DNA of 64,000 bases from Auanema rhodensis (Eukaryota; Animalia; Nematoda): the NCBI GenBank assembly GCA_964057225.1, contig OZ059897.1:14632001-14696000 (forward strand). The letters are read 5' to 3'. The first letter of the stretch is position 1. Each line of letters starts with the position of its first letter. The notes under the pieces are model-generated. The model saw only the letters and a program-made list of their open reading frames with translations, was not told the DNA's origin and ran no database searches. Position numbers and translations under genes: made by a program. Shown here in pieces: positions 37,752 through 52,257 of the stretch.

Positions 37752-39025
37752 TTAATAATTTGTTCTAGTTACAGACAAATAATTATGTATTTCTGACTTA
37801 AATGATAAGAAAATATATATTAGACGTTGTCTAAATTCATTATTTAATAATGAATAAATAATTATATTAATTCCAGAATTAATACAAGTAAAGTATACTG
37901 ATGGTTTTGATATAGTTTTAGCTATCTATATATTTTTATTTTTAAATTTATTAATTTATAAAAACTTAAAAATTAAAAAGAAGAATCAGATATTGAACTT
38001 ACATCAATCATGAAAGCTGACATAATAGAAATGGCATTTGGTAATGAAACTAATATCATTGATAATAGTGAGATGAGTAATGTACATCGAATACGTCTTA
38101 GTTGCTTACCTCGTCTATAAATTATTAAAGAAAGAATATTTAGATTAATATAAAATATACTTTGTTACAGATAAAGCTTTAAAAACAGCCATAGTATTAA
38201 AGAATAATCCAAAGAAATATCCTAAAATATTAGTAGAATATATAAATACTCCATATTTATCAGAAAAAGCAGCTTTTCGTCCACAATAATATTTAACCTA
38301 CAATAGTATTTAACAGAATATTATAAAAATTTTAATGAAATTAAAGACCTTCAAATCTCTATTCTTATATGCTATACCAAATCCTACAATCATGGATATT
38401 AATACAAACAATACAGTAGGTAATATCATTATATAAGTTCTATAATTATAATTTTAGTTTTAATTATAATTATAATTAAAAAAACCTAAATCTTGCAGTT
38501 TTTTTATATATAACAGGATATATTACAGCCATAAGACGTTCCAATCCCATCATAAGCTGAATGATTGGTGGCCATAAATCTCCTATTGTATCTCAAAATA
38601 TTTGGATATATTATGACTTGAATACCTAACTGACGAAGTAAAAGCCATGATTCTATAGCACATTCCCATGCTGTTCGTATTGGGATTTGATTAGTATTAA
38701 GAACTTTTGTATAAAGATTAACTCTATTAATACCCATAAAGAATATAGCTAAACAATTAAGAGCATCAGCTATATTCAAAGCTATTAATGTCTTAAAATT
38801 AAAATTTTTTAAATAAAAAATAAAATAAAAGAATATGTTGTTACTTACTTGACATCGATCTCGAAATCGTTTATATGTAATAAATGTTATAAATAAAGGA
38901 ATATTAAATACAAAACATGTAGCACCAAGTATTATATTGATAGTATGATAACGAACATCATCTCTCATAGTATCATCAGGAATAAAAGGTTCATAATCAC
39001 TATCATTTATATTTGCAATATTCAT
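37752..39025 (-). CDS. Srsx-type (rhodopsin-like) 7TM chemoreceptor
   Basis: MNIANINDSDYEP...LIALNIADALNC...WPPIIQLMMGLERLMAVIYP...YCGRKAAFS...LVSLPN...TCINSGINIIIYSLLNNEFR...NY*. Confidence 0.85.
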
Positions 39026-39395
39026 AAATCTTAAAAATAAAATATAATAATTTAATATTTTACTAACTATATGCATATATTTTAACCAAAATTTAATATA
39101 ATATAATCGTGTATTACTCATTTCTATGTACCTATAATATTTATATATTTTGTGTAGATTGATAGAGCTAGATAATTGAATATATTGCGACTTAAATTTA
39201 ATGAAAAATCGGAAGAAATATTCAATCAGTTAGTTTTTATGAATATATTTTCTAAATTTCAATATTTTTTGGTTCAACATGTTAAAACAGGGCAAAACTT
39301 CGTAAAGATCTTTAGATAATAAATAATATTTTTTGAATTTATAAATAAATATAATAAATGTATAGTTAATAGAAATATTAAAATAAGTTTTGAAA

Positions 39396-39460
39396 AGAAG
39401 AACAGAGTTTCTTTTTGTGTTTTTTATTAAAACAAACACAAAAAGAAACTCTGTTCTTCT
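39396..39460. repeat. Perfect 27-bp-arm hairpin between the two srsx paralogs
   Basis: agaagaacagagtttctttttgtgttt-(11 nt)-aaacacaaaaagaaactctgttcttct. Confidence 0.9.
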
Positions 39461-39945
39461 TAGTAAATTGACCATAATTAACTATTCAATAATATTTAAT
39501 ATAAATTACAGAATTTATATAGTATATATTCAAATATTACATATACAATTTAAATAAAATATGTGAACCGCGTGACCGAATAACAGCAACTGAAGATGAA
39601 ATATACAATTATATTTAAAATATAAATATTTGCAATGTTAATCATATCACATATCACATTTTTGATATAGTTAATACCAATTTATAACCAGCATAAGCAT
39701 ACTATATGAGTATATGATTCATATTATTTGAATTTCTTATAATTTAAAGTTGTAATTATTTGAATAAATTATATTTTGCATCATAATAATTATGTTTACC
39801 CAATTATTAATTTTCTTCATATTTTTTTCATAAATTTGTATATTTTATTCCATAATATTTTCTTTCTTATCATATATTCATCTTATGGATATGTATGTTC
39901 TTATAATATCTAAAAATAAATATATATAAATTCAAACAGTTAAAT

Positions 39946-41401
39946 ATGGATCAAGATACTTGTCTTGAATATGTAATTTTATAAATATTTCATTTATTTA
40001 TTTTTTTTTGGATAATTTTTAATTTCAGAAATTATCATCTGATTATGAACCTATTGCTTCAGTTGATGGAATGAATGATAATATATATTACCATACATTA
40101 AATATAATATTTGGAATAATCTGTTTTCTCTGCAATATTCCACTGTTTTTGATTTTTATTACAAATTCAAATTTACGATCAAAGTTTAAAGTTAACCATA
40201 ATATATGTTTATCAATATAATTTTTTTTATATATATTCTTAGATTTTGATTACTTTAAACATAGCTGATTCGATTAACTGTTTTGCTATATTTCTTATGG
40301 GAATTAATAGAGTTAATCTTTATACATTTGTATTAAAATGTCATATTATACCTATACGTACAGCATGGGAATGTAGTACTGAAATTTGGTTGATTTTACG
40401 AGGAATTGGTTTCAGTTTCCTTGTTTCAATAAACTTTCAAGTTTTTTTTTACTTCAGGAGATTTATGGTCTCCCATAATTCAGTTATGCTTGGGATTGGA
40501 AAGATTCATAGCCGTCATTCAGCCAATACCATATAAAAATGTTGTTCAACTTCGGTTTGAATATATACTATATGTATATAAAATAATTAATAATATAATA
40601 AATTTAAACAGAAATATTGTTATAATACCTTTAAGTTGTTTATTTGTACTGCTATCAATATTTATTGGATTCAGTATATCTTTTCAAAATCGAGATTTAA
40701 AAGTAAATATTCAACTTGAAAACAAAATATAAGAACTGTATTAGATCTTTCGAATATTTAAGGTAAAATATTGGTGTGGGAGAAAAGCAGCATTTTCTGA
40801 TGAATATGCTTTATACGTTTACGGAATTAACATATTTTGTTATGTTTTTGGTTTAATTTTTAACATTGCTGCAGCTTTGGGATCTTGGAGATCTCTAAAT
40901 AGGTACAGTATATTTTATTTTTTTTATTTTTCTTATTTTTTTGTAATTATATTTAAAATATAAAATAATATATAGAAATATACATTTTGGCTTTTTCTAG
41001 ATCAAAAAGAAGTCAATTTAAAAGAATTCGTTATACATTACTTATATCATCTATTTCAATGTTACTAGTATCAACTCCAAATTTTATATCAATCTTGTCG
41101 GCCGTTTTTGGAAATGTAATTCCTAACCTAATCAACTCTTGAAAACTTTTGTTCATATCAGATTGCAAGTGCTGTTGAGAAACAATCAACATATTTGACA
41201 TGTATTAACTCTGGGATTAATATTATCGTTTATATATTCTTTAATATAGAATTTAGAAAACGAACACTAGAAATATGCAAATGTTTTACAAGAAAAAAGG
41301 CTTTAATTACCATGATTTCAAGAAAATCTATACAATCTAAAAGTAAAAAACATTATTTTGGAATATTCACAGATTATGCGTTATTTCTTCAATTATTTTA
41401 G
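39946..41401 (+). CDS. Srsx-type 7TM chemoreceptor, paralog of 37752-39025
   Basis: MDQDTCLEY/KLSSDYEP...LNIADSINC...GLERFIAVIQP...WCGRKAAFS...LVSTPN...TCINSGINIIVYIFFNIEFR. Confidence 0.85.
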
Positions 41402-41406
41402 ATTAG

Positions 41407-44145
41407 TTAATTTTTCGTAACTGATGTATCCATTTTGTACATGAGAGTCATCTCTTCAACATAACGTCCTTCTGGAGTTTCTAACACTAATGGCATTCCG
41501 TTCAAACGATCATCGTTCATGATAAATGAAAAAGCGTCCTACAAATGATTGGATTAATCAAAATAACTACAAATTTAATTATTTGGTACGAACTTTGCCA
41601 ATTTTTCCACGACCAATATATTCATGCCTATCTAAATTGCATCCTAGATCACCTATTATGAATACCTAGATTAGTATATTTTATATAATCGAGAAAAAAC
41701 CTTTAGAGTCATTAATATGAAAAGCACGAAGATACTTCATTCCAATTATTTCATCAAATTGTTTCATTGTTTTGTTATATGCAGTTTTAGTTCTGATATC
41801 ATATCCTGTATTATATGAAAATGAGTAAAACTCTAAAAAATATATGAAAACCTGCAGCGAAAATGTGACAAGTATCAATACAAACACCAACTCTGTCTTT
41901 ATTGTGAACTTGCTCTATCATACTTCTAATTTCTTCAAATTTACCACCAACTGTATGACCCTGTCCAGCCATAGTTTCAATAACTATATTAATTATTATT
42001 TTGTGAATAACATAATAACACAAACCAAGAATGATATTTTCAGTATTTTCAATTATGTAATTGATAGAAGCAGCAACTGTAGATATGCACACTTCTCGAG
42101 TGCATGCTCCTGTTGTGGAGCCTATAATCAACAATAATCATGTGTTAGAACAGTGTTCACAGAACCTGGGTGAAAATTATACATCTTAATTCCCAATAAT
42201 TCAGCTCTTTTACATTCATCTAGCATAGCTCCTCTAGTTTTTTCTAGTTTTTCTGGATCGGGTGAACCAGGATTCATCAAATATGATCCATGAGGTAAGA
42301 TTTGATCAACAGGAAATTGCATCTCCTAAGATCAATGTTACACAAGAATTTACTAGATGTCTACCTCAAGAGCTTTAAACCAATTTTTAACAGTTTCTTC
42401 TGCCATTGGCTTAGCATTCCATTGTCTCTGATTCCTACATAAAATTAGTTTTTATAAAAGATAAGTTGAAGAGTTCTAGTTAACCTGACAAATAGAGCAA
42501 AAGATCGACAACCTTCGGCTGTCGCATTGTATATTGCTTGCTCAACGCCTCCGGCTGCACTTACGTGATAACCCAACATTTTCTTACTATGAGTAGCAGT
42601 TTCCAAAACCTAAACAGCATAGCCATGAAGACGGATTTATACAATGCAAATAAGTACTATTCAAAACATTCGTTTACCTTCACACCAATAGTTTCTCTAG
42701 AAGTTTTCTGTATTTCATTTTCGCCTGAACTCTTTACAGCTGCTTTACGAGATTTTTTCTGTTGAACAGGCTCTAAAAAAGAAACTCGAAAAAAAATTAA
42801 ATATATTATATTAACCTTGAGAATCATCTTCATTATTAGTTTCGTCCTTAACTTCTTTTTTCGATAATTTTTTAGCAGGTTTAGGTTCTGCTTTACCTTT
42901 CTTTTTCGAAGCTGCAGATTTGGTGGGAACATCTTCCATATAGACATCCGTTTTAGTTTCAATTTTAGAATGTAAAAAACGAAACTCATCTATAAATATA
43001 TTAATAATGCAAAGAAATACATGGAATACCTGAGTCAGATTCTAAATCAGTTTCAGAATTATTGTGCACATCACTTATCTCTTCTTTTTTAACTTCATCC
43101 ACATTTTCTTGCTTAAGAGATTCTAAAAACACATTTTTTTTGAAAACGGAACTGAAATTTTATCTTCTACAATCACCCAATAGCGAATGCTCGGAAAACT
43201 AGGTCATCAACACACAAAAATATAAAATATAGGAAACAAGAACCTGGTTTATCTGATGCAACAATTCCTCTTTTTCGAGTAACAGCTGAAAATGACTGTC
43301 TGTTAAAGAACGATATTATGACATGCATACAAACCAGATTTTTTGGATGTTTTTGCAACGATTTTCATTTTTTCTCCTTCTTAAAGCAAAGTTCAATGTT
43401 TTTTTTATTTTAATATAATGCAAACCTTCTACAGGCTCTTCTTTTGCTTTATTAACAGCTTTCTTCTTAGTCGCAGGCTTAGACTTTGATGGTTTTACAT
43501 CTTCTCCTATTTTCAAAAGAAGATGTATGAGTTATGTTCTAATACTAAACTAACCATCATCTTCCAACAAAACGGCTTTCTTTGGTTTCCCTCTGATAGG
43601 CCTTGCTTTATTATTTTCATTCTGCTCCTGCTTCGAAGATGGAGCACCCGTTTTCGCTTTAATGCGCATAATATTACCAGACATTAAAGAAAGACTTACA
43701 TTCTGGCATCTCCTCGTCTGCTTCTACGTTCTCGAGAGTTGAGTCCATGGGAGGTGGATCGCTGAGGACCTTTTTACGTTGTGATTTTCTTACCGATGCG
43801 AAAAATGAATGCATATTTACATTGTATCAATATTTTAATAGCATTAAGCTAGTTTAACGAACACCAAAGTTGCACGATGCTTTGTATCAAATATGGTTGC
43901 CCCTCAACTTACTCTTTTGATTTTCCTTATTTTGCTCATCTTGTTTAGCTCTGGATTCCGCTAGTTCAGAAACTACTTTATTACGGCTCGATTTCCTTGT
44001 AGGTCCGAAAATAAGATAAACATTCCCTTTCAACTCATTATTAATATTGCAAACCAGAAATGGGTACATCTTCATTCTCGTTGTCTTTCTTAGTATTTTC
44101 ACATTTCTTGTTTGAAGTCTTTACTTTAGCTGTTTCCCGTGCCAT
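41407..44145 (-). CDS. apn-1: AP endonuclease of the endonuclease IV (Nfo/Apn1) family with a long Lys/Glu-rich N-terminal extension
   Basis: [82 protein letters not shown]. Confidence 0.95.
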
Positions 44146-44721
44146 ATCTATGGTAAAATATTATATATCCCTGACAAAATGATCAATATAATATACTAAT
44201 ATCAAAAACTCATGATTAACAAAAACTAGCATTCATCTGCATAATAAAATTCTATAGAATTGAACATACGACGACAAGTGGATACGTAGAGATACGGCCT
44301 CACAAAAACATAAAGCAGTATTCTTCTTGACAACTCTTTGCAATAAAACGAGTACAATATTTGGAAAACAATACCGAAAAGATACAAAAACATGTTTCTA
44401 TTCGGAAAACCGGGAAGATGACAGACCGGACAATTGAAACAGCCAAAAAATGCTATTTTTCGATTATGAACATGCTATCCGTACCTAGATGAATGTAAAA
44501 CGGACCAAAATAAATGGTAACTCAGGTACTAAATATACAATTTACGACAATTAAAAGAGTATATATATATACCAAATAATGACGGGAACATTTTAAACAA
44601 CAATGTATTTAAAGATCAGTTTCTGTGGGCACAGCTTATTATTAGATTTAAAGATGAACACGTATTGGGATAAGTTGAGGATTTCAAAGGCAATGTCAAA
44701 AAAATGAAATGACTTGTAAAA

Positions 44722-47700
44722 TTAAGCTTCGCTTACGCTACTAAGCTGAATTCTCAAAGGACGTTCTTTCCGCCTACAGATTGCTGTGTTAGGAGAAGAA
44801 GTGTTATCCTGAAATTTGAAAAAATAATCAATAACCGTATTTCGCGCCTTGTGCTCTGGCAAACCTTAATTGTGATCTGTTTACGCTCCTCTTCAGTGAT
44901 TTCTTTCTTTTTTTCGGCACTATCACTATAAATAAATGATATTACATATACGAGAGAATACAAATAGCAAAGTTACCGGTAATAAATTACACGATTTCCG
45001 AGTTTCTCCAGCGATTCGATGTTAATACGGCTAGTTGATTCAGTAATGAATTTCTGATTTCCGTCAAGTAGATCTAACCTAGTCTTCACATAGGGCCATT
45101 TTCCTGTATCCCAGGAAATCATAGCAGGCTATAATACAGATAACTTGATAGATAAATGATTCTACAAAGTACCTCTGTTATTTCCACGCGTTCCAATGGT
45201 ATATTAGAATATTTGCTAATACTTGCACGAAGAGCATGTAGGTGATTAGATGTATCAGAAGGCACCATTACTTCATGAATAGGTCCAACTTCAACAGTTG
45301 AAGGTCTAAATCTACGAACGAACACTGGCTCTCCGGGTACTCCGATAACTTTCTCATCTATAAAGAAAATCATAATGATTTATATTATAAGCAATACACA
45401 TACCCGTGAGTATTTGCATGTATATTGGCTGCATCCAATAATTTTGCCGAGATTCTAATTTTCTTGAAGGGTACAAAACAGATTTTACAGAATATGACAT
45501 ATCTCTTAATCTTATTCTAGAAAAAAAAATATGTAAGAATAAACTTTCCTAGAAAAAATACCGATTTAATTCGATGTTACTACCATAGAGTTCATGATAA
45601 AGTCTTTGACATCTCAATAAAATATCACCAGCATATTCATTTTTAGAAGCGGGAATATCAAATAAATATTTCCAATTATCCTTCTAAAAATAAGCTTTGA
45701 AATAATCTTAAATAAATTTTACTCACGTTGGGTTCTTCAGTATCGAACATAATGATTTTTATTAGTCTTTCATCATCTTTTAAAGGAGGTCTCAGCTTGA
45801 TAGATAGCTGTAAATTAAGATAAAAATTAATGAGAGAAAAACGGAATCCTCATCTCACCCAATGTGCCCCAGAATAAGCAGTACTAAGATGTTCCTCGTC
45901 TGAACATGAAGTTTCATATCCCTTGTCTTGCACATCATCCTTTAATTAGAGGGTTGATGGAAAAAAGAACATGAATTCAACTTACACTTGTATGTTTGCT
46001 TATAACAAATTGAGCAGGATCAGTTTTTACTTTATTCGCGATCCATGTTTTCAATTCTCTAACTTTTAACCTTGAGTCAACATCCAAAGTAAAGACTAAA
46101 GAAAAAAATTCAGATTAACATGAAAAATATTATTTCTCATCAAACTCACTATTTTGAGGACCTTCTTCTTTGATGATGATTTCCCTATCAAAATTACTAG
46201 ATGGTATCATAGTTGAACCTGATCCCGAATCAGTTTCTAATGACATATTAACATCATTCACTGGCTCCCGGAAGTTGAGAATTGATTGCTCACAAATATT
46301 GTTCTAAGAACGCACGTAATTACATAGAAATATATTAAGTTTTACCATAACTTCTTCGTTTCCTATTCCTTCATCAGCGTCTCCACTATCAGAAACATTA
46401 GGGGATGTTTGAGGCGTGTTCTGACATATACTTCCAGTACTGATTACCATACTACCATCATCAGAAATTTCACTGGAAGGCGATGTCGGTCTCTGTGGAT
46501 ATAGAGAACGGGGTAAATCATTCAAGTTCTATAAATAACATAATACGAAAAAATAAATAAATAGCCCTATACATCAATATTAGGAGAAGTTTCAGTTGAT
46601 TCCGAAATCGACATTGATTCAGACCAAGAAGGACCAGCACAAGCGCTACAAGCAGAAGCAGCTCTATTAACTTCTTCTTAAAAAATTAAAATAATAGTTA
46701 AAAAATCAACTAATTAATAACAAACCCTCAGTTGGAAGTTGAACGCGTAAAAGAATAGCAAACTTTTTTCGGTCCAAAATTTGGAACATTATACTTTGCT
46801 GGAAAACATAAGATCATTTTAGGTTAAGCATATTTATGTAACAAACCGGCAATTCTTTTTTTCTATCTTCCTCAACTTTCGAATCTAGGTTTTGTCCTCC
46901 ATCATAGTATATCTAAAAATAAATAAATAATTTTCACTTTAGATTATTATTCTTACTGTTGGTACAGACATATAACAATCTTTTAGTTCATTTTCTAATA
47001 GAGTATTATTAACATCCATGAACGACATCTTGTTCATAGAGTTATCTCCCTTTTCTATAACAATACGAGATTGAACAAAACTTCTAGCATTCTCTGCAAA
47101 AACAGTTCCAATCAATTGTTTCAATTTTACTACCTGAAGAAAAAATATAATATTACTCAAACATTGAAATCATACATGCTGAATATCAGAGGTGATACAT
47201 AAAGTATAAGGTGGTCGAACAATTCTATTTTTAATATCAACTCTTTGAATAGAAATTGCACGTCCAGGACCCACATCAAAAAACTTTCCATTTTCTGAAG
47301 AATTTATACTCAATACTACATTGTTCATTTGAAAATTCTTACCAGGTGGACGAACATCTAAGAGGAAATTTGTTTCGAAAGAAGTACTATAGGTGTTGCG
47401 TAAACATAATTCAAGTTTCTATAACAAAAAGAAAAATATAAGACAAAAAAAAGATAATTGAATACTTTTTCCATATCACTTCTTGACACAAATGTGTCGC
47501 TCATAACCTTTCCATCGAAACGAATCAAACGTGAACTATTTTTGCTGAAACTCACACCAACTGATCTACATTGTTCACCAAAAAATTCACAAGCCTGAAT
47601 CAAACTGTTGTACATATAATACTTAAAAACAATGTACCTTGGAAAATAAAACACTTATGGGTTCAGTTTTTGGAATTTCAGTTTTAAATTCTAATCTAGG

Positions 47701-49777
47701 TATTTCAATATCCGATAAAATATTTAGACGAACATGAATCTGAAATATTAAGCCAAAATAAAATAGAAATTATGCTCAGACTTACAGTAACTAGACTCAT
47801 TTTATATTGTTTTCTCCTCTCCTTCTCCTCCTCCTGTTCTTTCCACATATCTTTGAGAGTCAAAATATGCCGAGGAAGGTCAGTTGATCGAATGAAGGGC
47901 TTATTTTCAGTTCTATGAATCTAAATCAAATTTGAAATAAATAAAATTCAAAGAAAAATCGAAAGAACCTTTCGATACATGAGCATATAAGCATTGGTAT
48001 TGCTTCCAGACCAACCACCATAAGAACCTCCAAAACTTCTTTGAATTTCCGATGGATTTGTTGCTTCTACACGACTATCATTAAACAAATACCATTTATC
48101 TTGATCCATATTCCTAGAAATTATACAAGTAATAACACATTATTCAAAAAGAAAAAAAATCTGACTTAATGTAAGCATAATAATGTCCTCCTGCGGCACT
48201 GCCTTGGTGCACCATAACAGAGAAAAGTTCATATACAAACGGACCGTTGGCCAAAAGCTTGTCAACATAGTTCTGATCAATAGACTCGCCCACTGACACA
48301 GATTCAGGATCTAAATATAAAGCAAACTAATTGGTTATAACATCTAGTAGCCTACCAATTATGGGATGAGATTTGGCTCCTGCAGGATTCTGGTCGTCAT
48401 AAACATACGAATTCAAATCCAAGATATCAGGAAAAGTCATTCTACATATTCAAATAATGAGAAAATTAAAAAAAAACTGAAATCTTACTTGTCATTGAGC
48501 TTTATGCGATGCATTGTATTATAATCGAAATCAAAACGTTTTAGTTGAATTGTCAGCAAATAAGGAAAGTTTGTAACACGAAGACCCTAAACAATAAAAA
48601 ATGATTAGCGAGTAACATCTGACACCTCACTTTGTGCGCATCTTGCTTTGAGTTACAGTTTTCACAATGATATTGATTGCATCCAGTTAGTAATTCTGGA
48701 GCAACAAAAGCGGATAAGGCTTCTTCCTGTAAATAATAACGATAAACTTGAAACTCATAATAAAACAAACTCACAATACTCTTATATGATTCAACAGCAC
48801 CAAAAGGTTTCAAAGCAAGTGGGAGATCCAAAAAGAAATCTTTTCGTACATTTTCTTTTCCACATTTTAAACACTTAACAAAATCTTGCATGTTACCTCT
48901 GTAAACAAAGGAAAGAATGAAAATAAAAAGGTTACAACATACTGGTATAACGTTTGAATTAGTTTATCATGAGGAGAATTCTTCCATTTTACTTCCAACG
49001 CATCGAACATTAGTCTACATAGTTCTTGCACATCATGCTGATCATAAGCTTAAAACAAATTTCTTAAATGTTGAATATAAAAACAAAGCAAACCTTCATT
49101 ACTATTCCATCCAAAACTAGCAGTTAAATCTTTAGTTTCAAGAGCGCTGCTTTCTGAAGTTTGAAGAAGCAGAAAAAGCTTTTGTATTTGGCAGGGAATC
49201 GAGTTTTCCGACGACCCTTTCAACGACTTATATTCCCATCTAAGTATAAAAATTTTGAAATGAACAATATGTAACTACTAACCGATATATAGCATTTCTG
49301 AATTCCGGAGTCATATACAATGATTGTATCAAACTATTTAAGTAACACGTCATAGCCTTACATGAAAAACCAAGAATGTCACACAAAAAAAATTAAAAGT
49401 TGTACCTGATTTACTAAACCAACATAATGATGATTGTTCTCATCCACAGGAGGCCCGGATGAAGGATGAACAGTATTAGTTATAGAAAGAGGTGCATTAC
49501 TCCCTGCTAGGGCCATTGGGATCTGGTGTGTGGGGCCTGAGAAGACGCAAGTTATTTAAGAAAATAAGAATCTACTAACCGTAAGTCGGAGAAGATGAAT
49601 TCGTTGTACGACTCAACTGCATATCTCCACCTAGTAAACCCTGATTGGTTTGAGAAAATTGAACAATAGGTTTACGCGAACTATCTGAAATACAAAATTT
49701 AGAAGAGCATTACCAAAATAAGGCATACCGCTTGTTTCACCCGCTACTGGTTGTTCACCATTAGGATCAACCACCAT
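44722..49777 (-). CDS. usp47: Ubiquitin carboxyl-terminal hydrolase, USP47 ortholog, many short introns
   Basis: Cys box [43 protein letters not shown], His box [23 protein letters not shown]-terminal [11 protein letters not shown]. Confidence 0.92.
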
Positions 49778-49779
49778 AA

Positions 49780-51049
49780 CCCTGGAAAAAAAAAGAAGTA
49801 AAAGCAAGAAAGATGAAAACAAACAAGGAAAAATTTCAATGAACTGGTTAAGCACATAGCGTGCTCAATTTGAGGCCCCTTCAGACATTTCGGGATTAAG
49901 TGGGATTGCCGAAAACTAATAATAAGAATTGAGGCAGGAGAAGCCCGTCGTGATTAGTCAACTCAAACCGTGACGTTACTAGCTGAAACTAGAACGTCGT
50001 TTTTCACTAAGTATTACTTTTCTGTGGGCCAGAGAAATGAGTGCAGTAAAGATAGCAAGCAGTATATGTATATTATATATATATTATAAGTGTAGCGGCG
50101 AAGGGCTCGAAATTTCAACCAAAGGTATGACATCATTGAAATGATTGCGTAATGCATGAAGCTATTGCGCAAATCACTACTACTACGATAGAAATTTCAG
50201 TTCAAGCACATGACAAAAAAATTCAAAATATGACGGTGTCGAGACCTGTTGAAAAAATAACTAGTCCCCTGCATACACATGTCTAAATCTTTTTACTAGC
50301 TTTTCGTGAATCTGTTGTAATATTATGCTTCAAATGATAATAAGATGAAAAACAGACTAAAATAAAACTAATATAAAAAGGAAAATGAATTAATTCATAT
50401 TTTTAAAATGAAATTGACATGTGGTTTTCCAAATGAGTACAGAACATGAAATGCGTCAGAGAACATAATGTGCGCATGTAGTGCGTAATGACGTAACTTT
50501 TGTTCGTAGTCAAAATTATGGCTTCAGTCAAATGAGGGTACTAGAGCAGGCCATATTAGTATGTGGGAAATTAGGCAAAAAATTTTATTGTTATTCGAAT
50601 GGTTTATTAAGTTTTTTTCTTGTTCTTTTTGGAAATGACATATTCATGGCTTCATCTCTGATCGTTTATCGTTTAAGAGTTATTTAGTTTGTCATTCTTT
50701 GTTCTAAATGATAATAATTATAGTATTATTGCTTATGCAATTTTTTGGGCAATTACGAAGAATATCACGATATAATGTTATCATGAGGTAAATGATTATT
50801 TGATAATTTACACATGCATTATATGCTATAATGCAAAATTTTTTGTGACATCTCAGTTTTTTGGTCAGATGGGTTGCCAAATTGTTTCTTTCTGATTTTT
50901 TATTTAATAGTTTTTAATAAGGAAATTGTGTGAAGTTGTTCTTATATGCGTGTCTGATCTAATTTATGGTGAAAACCAGTTCTGTATTACTTTCGTAGTC
51001 TTTCCTTGTATCTAATGTGAATTCTCTATTATCTTCAATTAACAGAACA
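49780..51049. promoter_or_regulatory. Divergent (probably bidirectional) upstream region shared by usp47 and msra-1
   Basis: Head-to-head starts ~1.27 kb apart. Locally CpG-enriched, with TGACGT, TTGCGTAA and TGCGCA words near 49970, 50140-50170 and 50470-50495. Function is inferred. Confidence 0.45.
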
Positions 51050-51894
51050 ATGGGAGAAGTCGATGTAGCCTATGTTGGTATGCAATGCTTTTGGGGCGAA
51101 TCTGCTTTTGCTAAGGTTTGTGCAATTTAAACACTAATTTTTTTAAAAGTATTTCTTTTAGAATAAGGGTGTCACGAACACCAGAGTTGGATACGCTGGT
51201 GGAGATAGTTTGAACCCAACTTATAGAGCTATTGGAGATCATACTGGTAATATGCGACATGATGTTTTGATACAAATGTTTATAAATGTTTTAGAAATCA
51301 CTGAAGTTACTTTCAATCCTTCCATCATCACTTACAAGGAGGTATAGATTCAATTGTTAAAATAGTATTTAAAATATATTTAAGATACTCGACTTTTTTT
51401 GGGGACACCATGATCCAACTGATCACAGAAAAAAACAATACCGATCTGCTATTCTTTTTAAAGGTCCTGAGCAGGAAAAAATAGCTATGGAAACTTTTGA
51501 AGCGGCTAAGGTAGTTTTTCTCATTTATTGTTAGTAAATCAGTTTGTTTAAAGAAAACGTTTGGAGATATTGAGACCTATGTCAAGCCTTTAGATGTTTT
51601 TTATGAAGCTGAGCCTTATCATCAGAAGTATTGGCTTAGAAATAAGACTGAGATTTTCAGCCAGGTTAGTTTAGTCCGTTCGTATTATTATGGCCCTTAT
51701 CTGTCTAGCTCAAACTGTCTGATCAAGAAGTTGCTGTCAGTCCCCTGGCTTGCAAGCTCAATGCTTACTGTGCTGGTTATACTGATTTCTCTGAATTGGA
51801 AGAGCTTCAGAAGCAGTACAATTTGTCTGACAGTCTTGTAAAATTGGTTACCGAATTTGCTAAACGCGGAGGTGATTTACGAGCTTGCCACTAA
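51050..51894 (+). CDS. msra-1: Peptide methionine sulfoxide reductase A
   Basis: AYVGMQCFWGESAF, TRVGYAGG, GDHTE, HDPT, QYRSAI, FYEAEPYHQKYWL, ending GGDLRACH*. Confidence 0.95.
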
Positions 51895-52257
51895 TTTATT
51901 CATTGACATATATTTTGCACTATTCATACTAATTCTTTCAATGTATTTACGGTTTTCATACTTTGTATCTATAAATAGTTTATTCCTTTTCTGTCTATAC
52001 AATACGATATGTCATTTTTAAAAATATCTAGAATTTCTCTGGTTTCATCGAAATATATGAGATACATTGCATGCAAAATTATTATAGATGGCCAAATTTG
52101 AAACTTAAGTGAAAATTTGACAAAAAAAAATTAATTTAATTTTGGGAATATATTATTATTGGATTTCAATCGGTCGATCACAAAAATTTGAAAACATGAA
52201 GAAGGGTTAGAAGTAAAAATTTTCAGTGGTTTCTGATCTTTTAGAATTAGTTACTTT

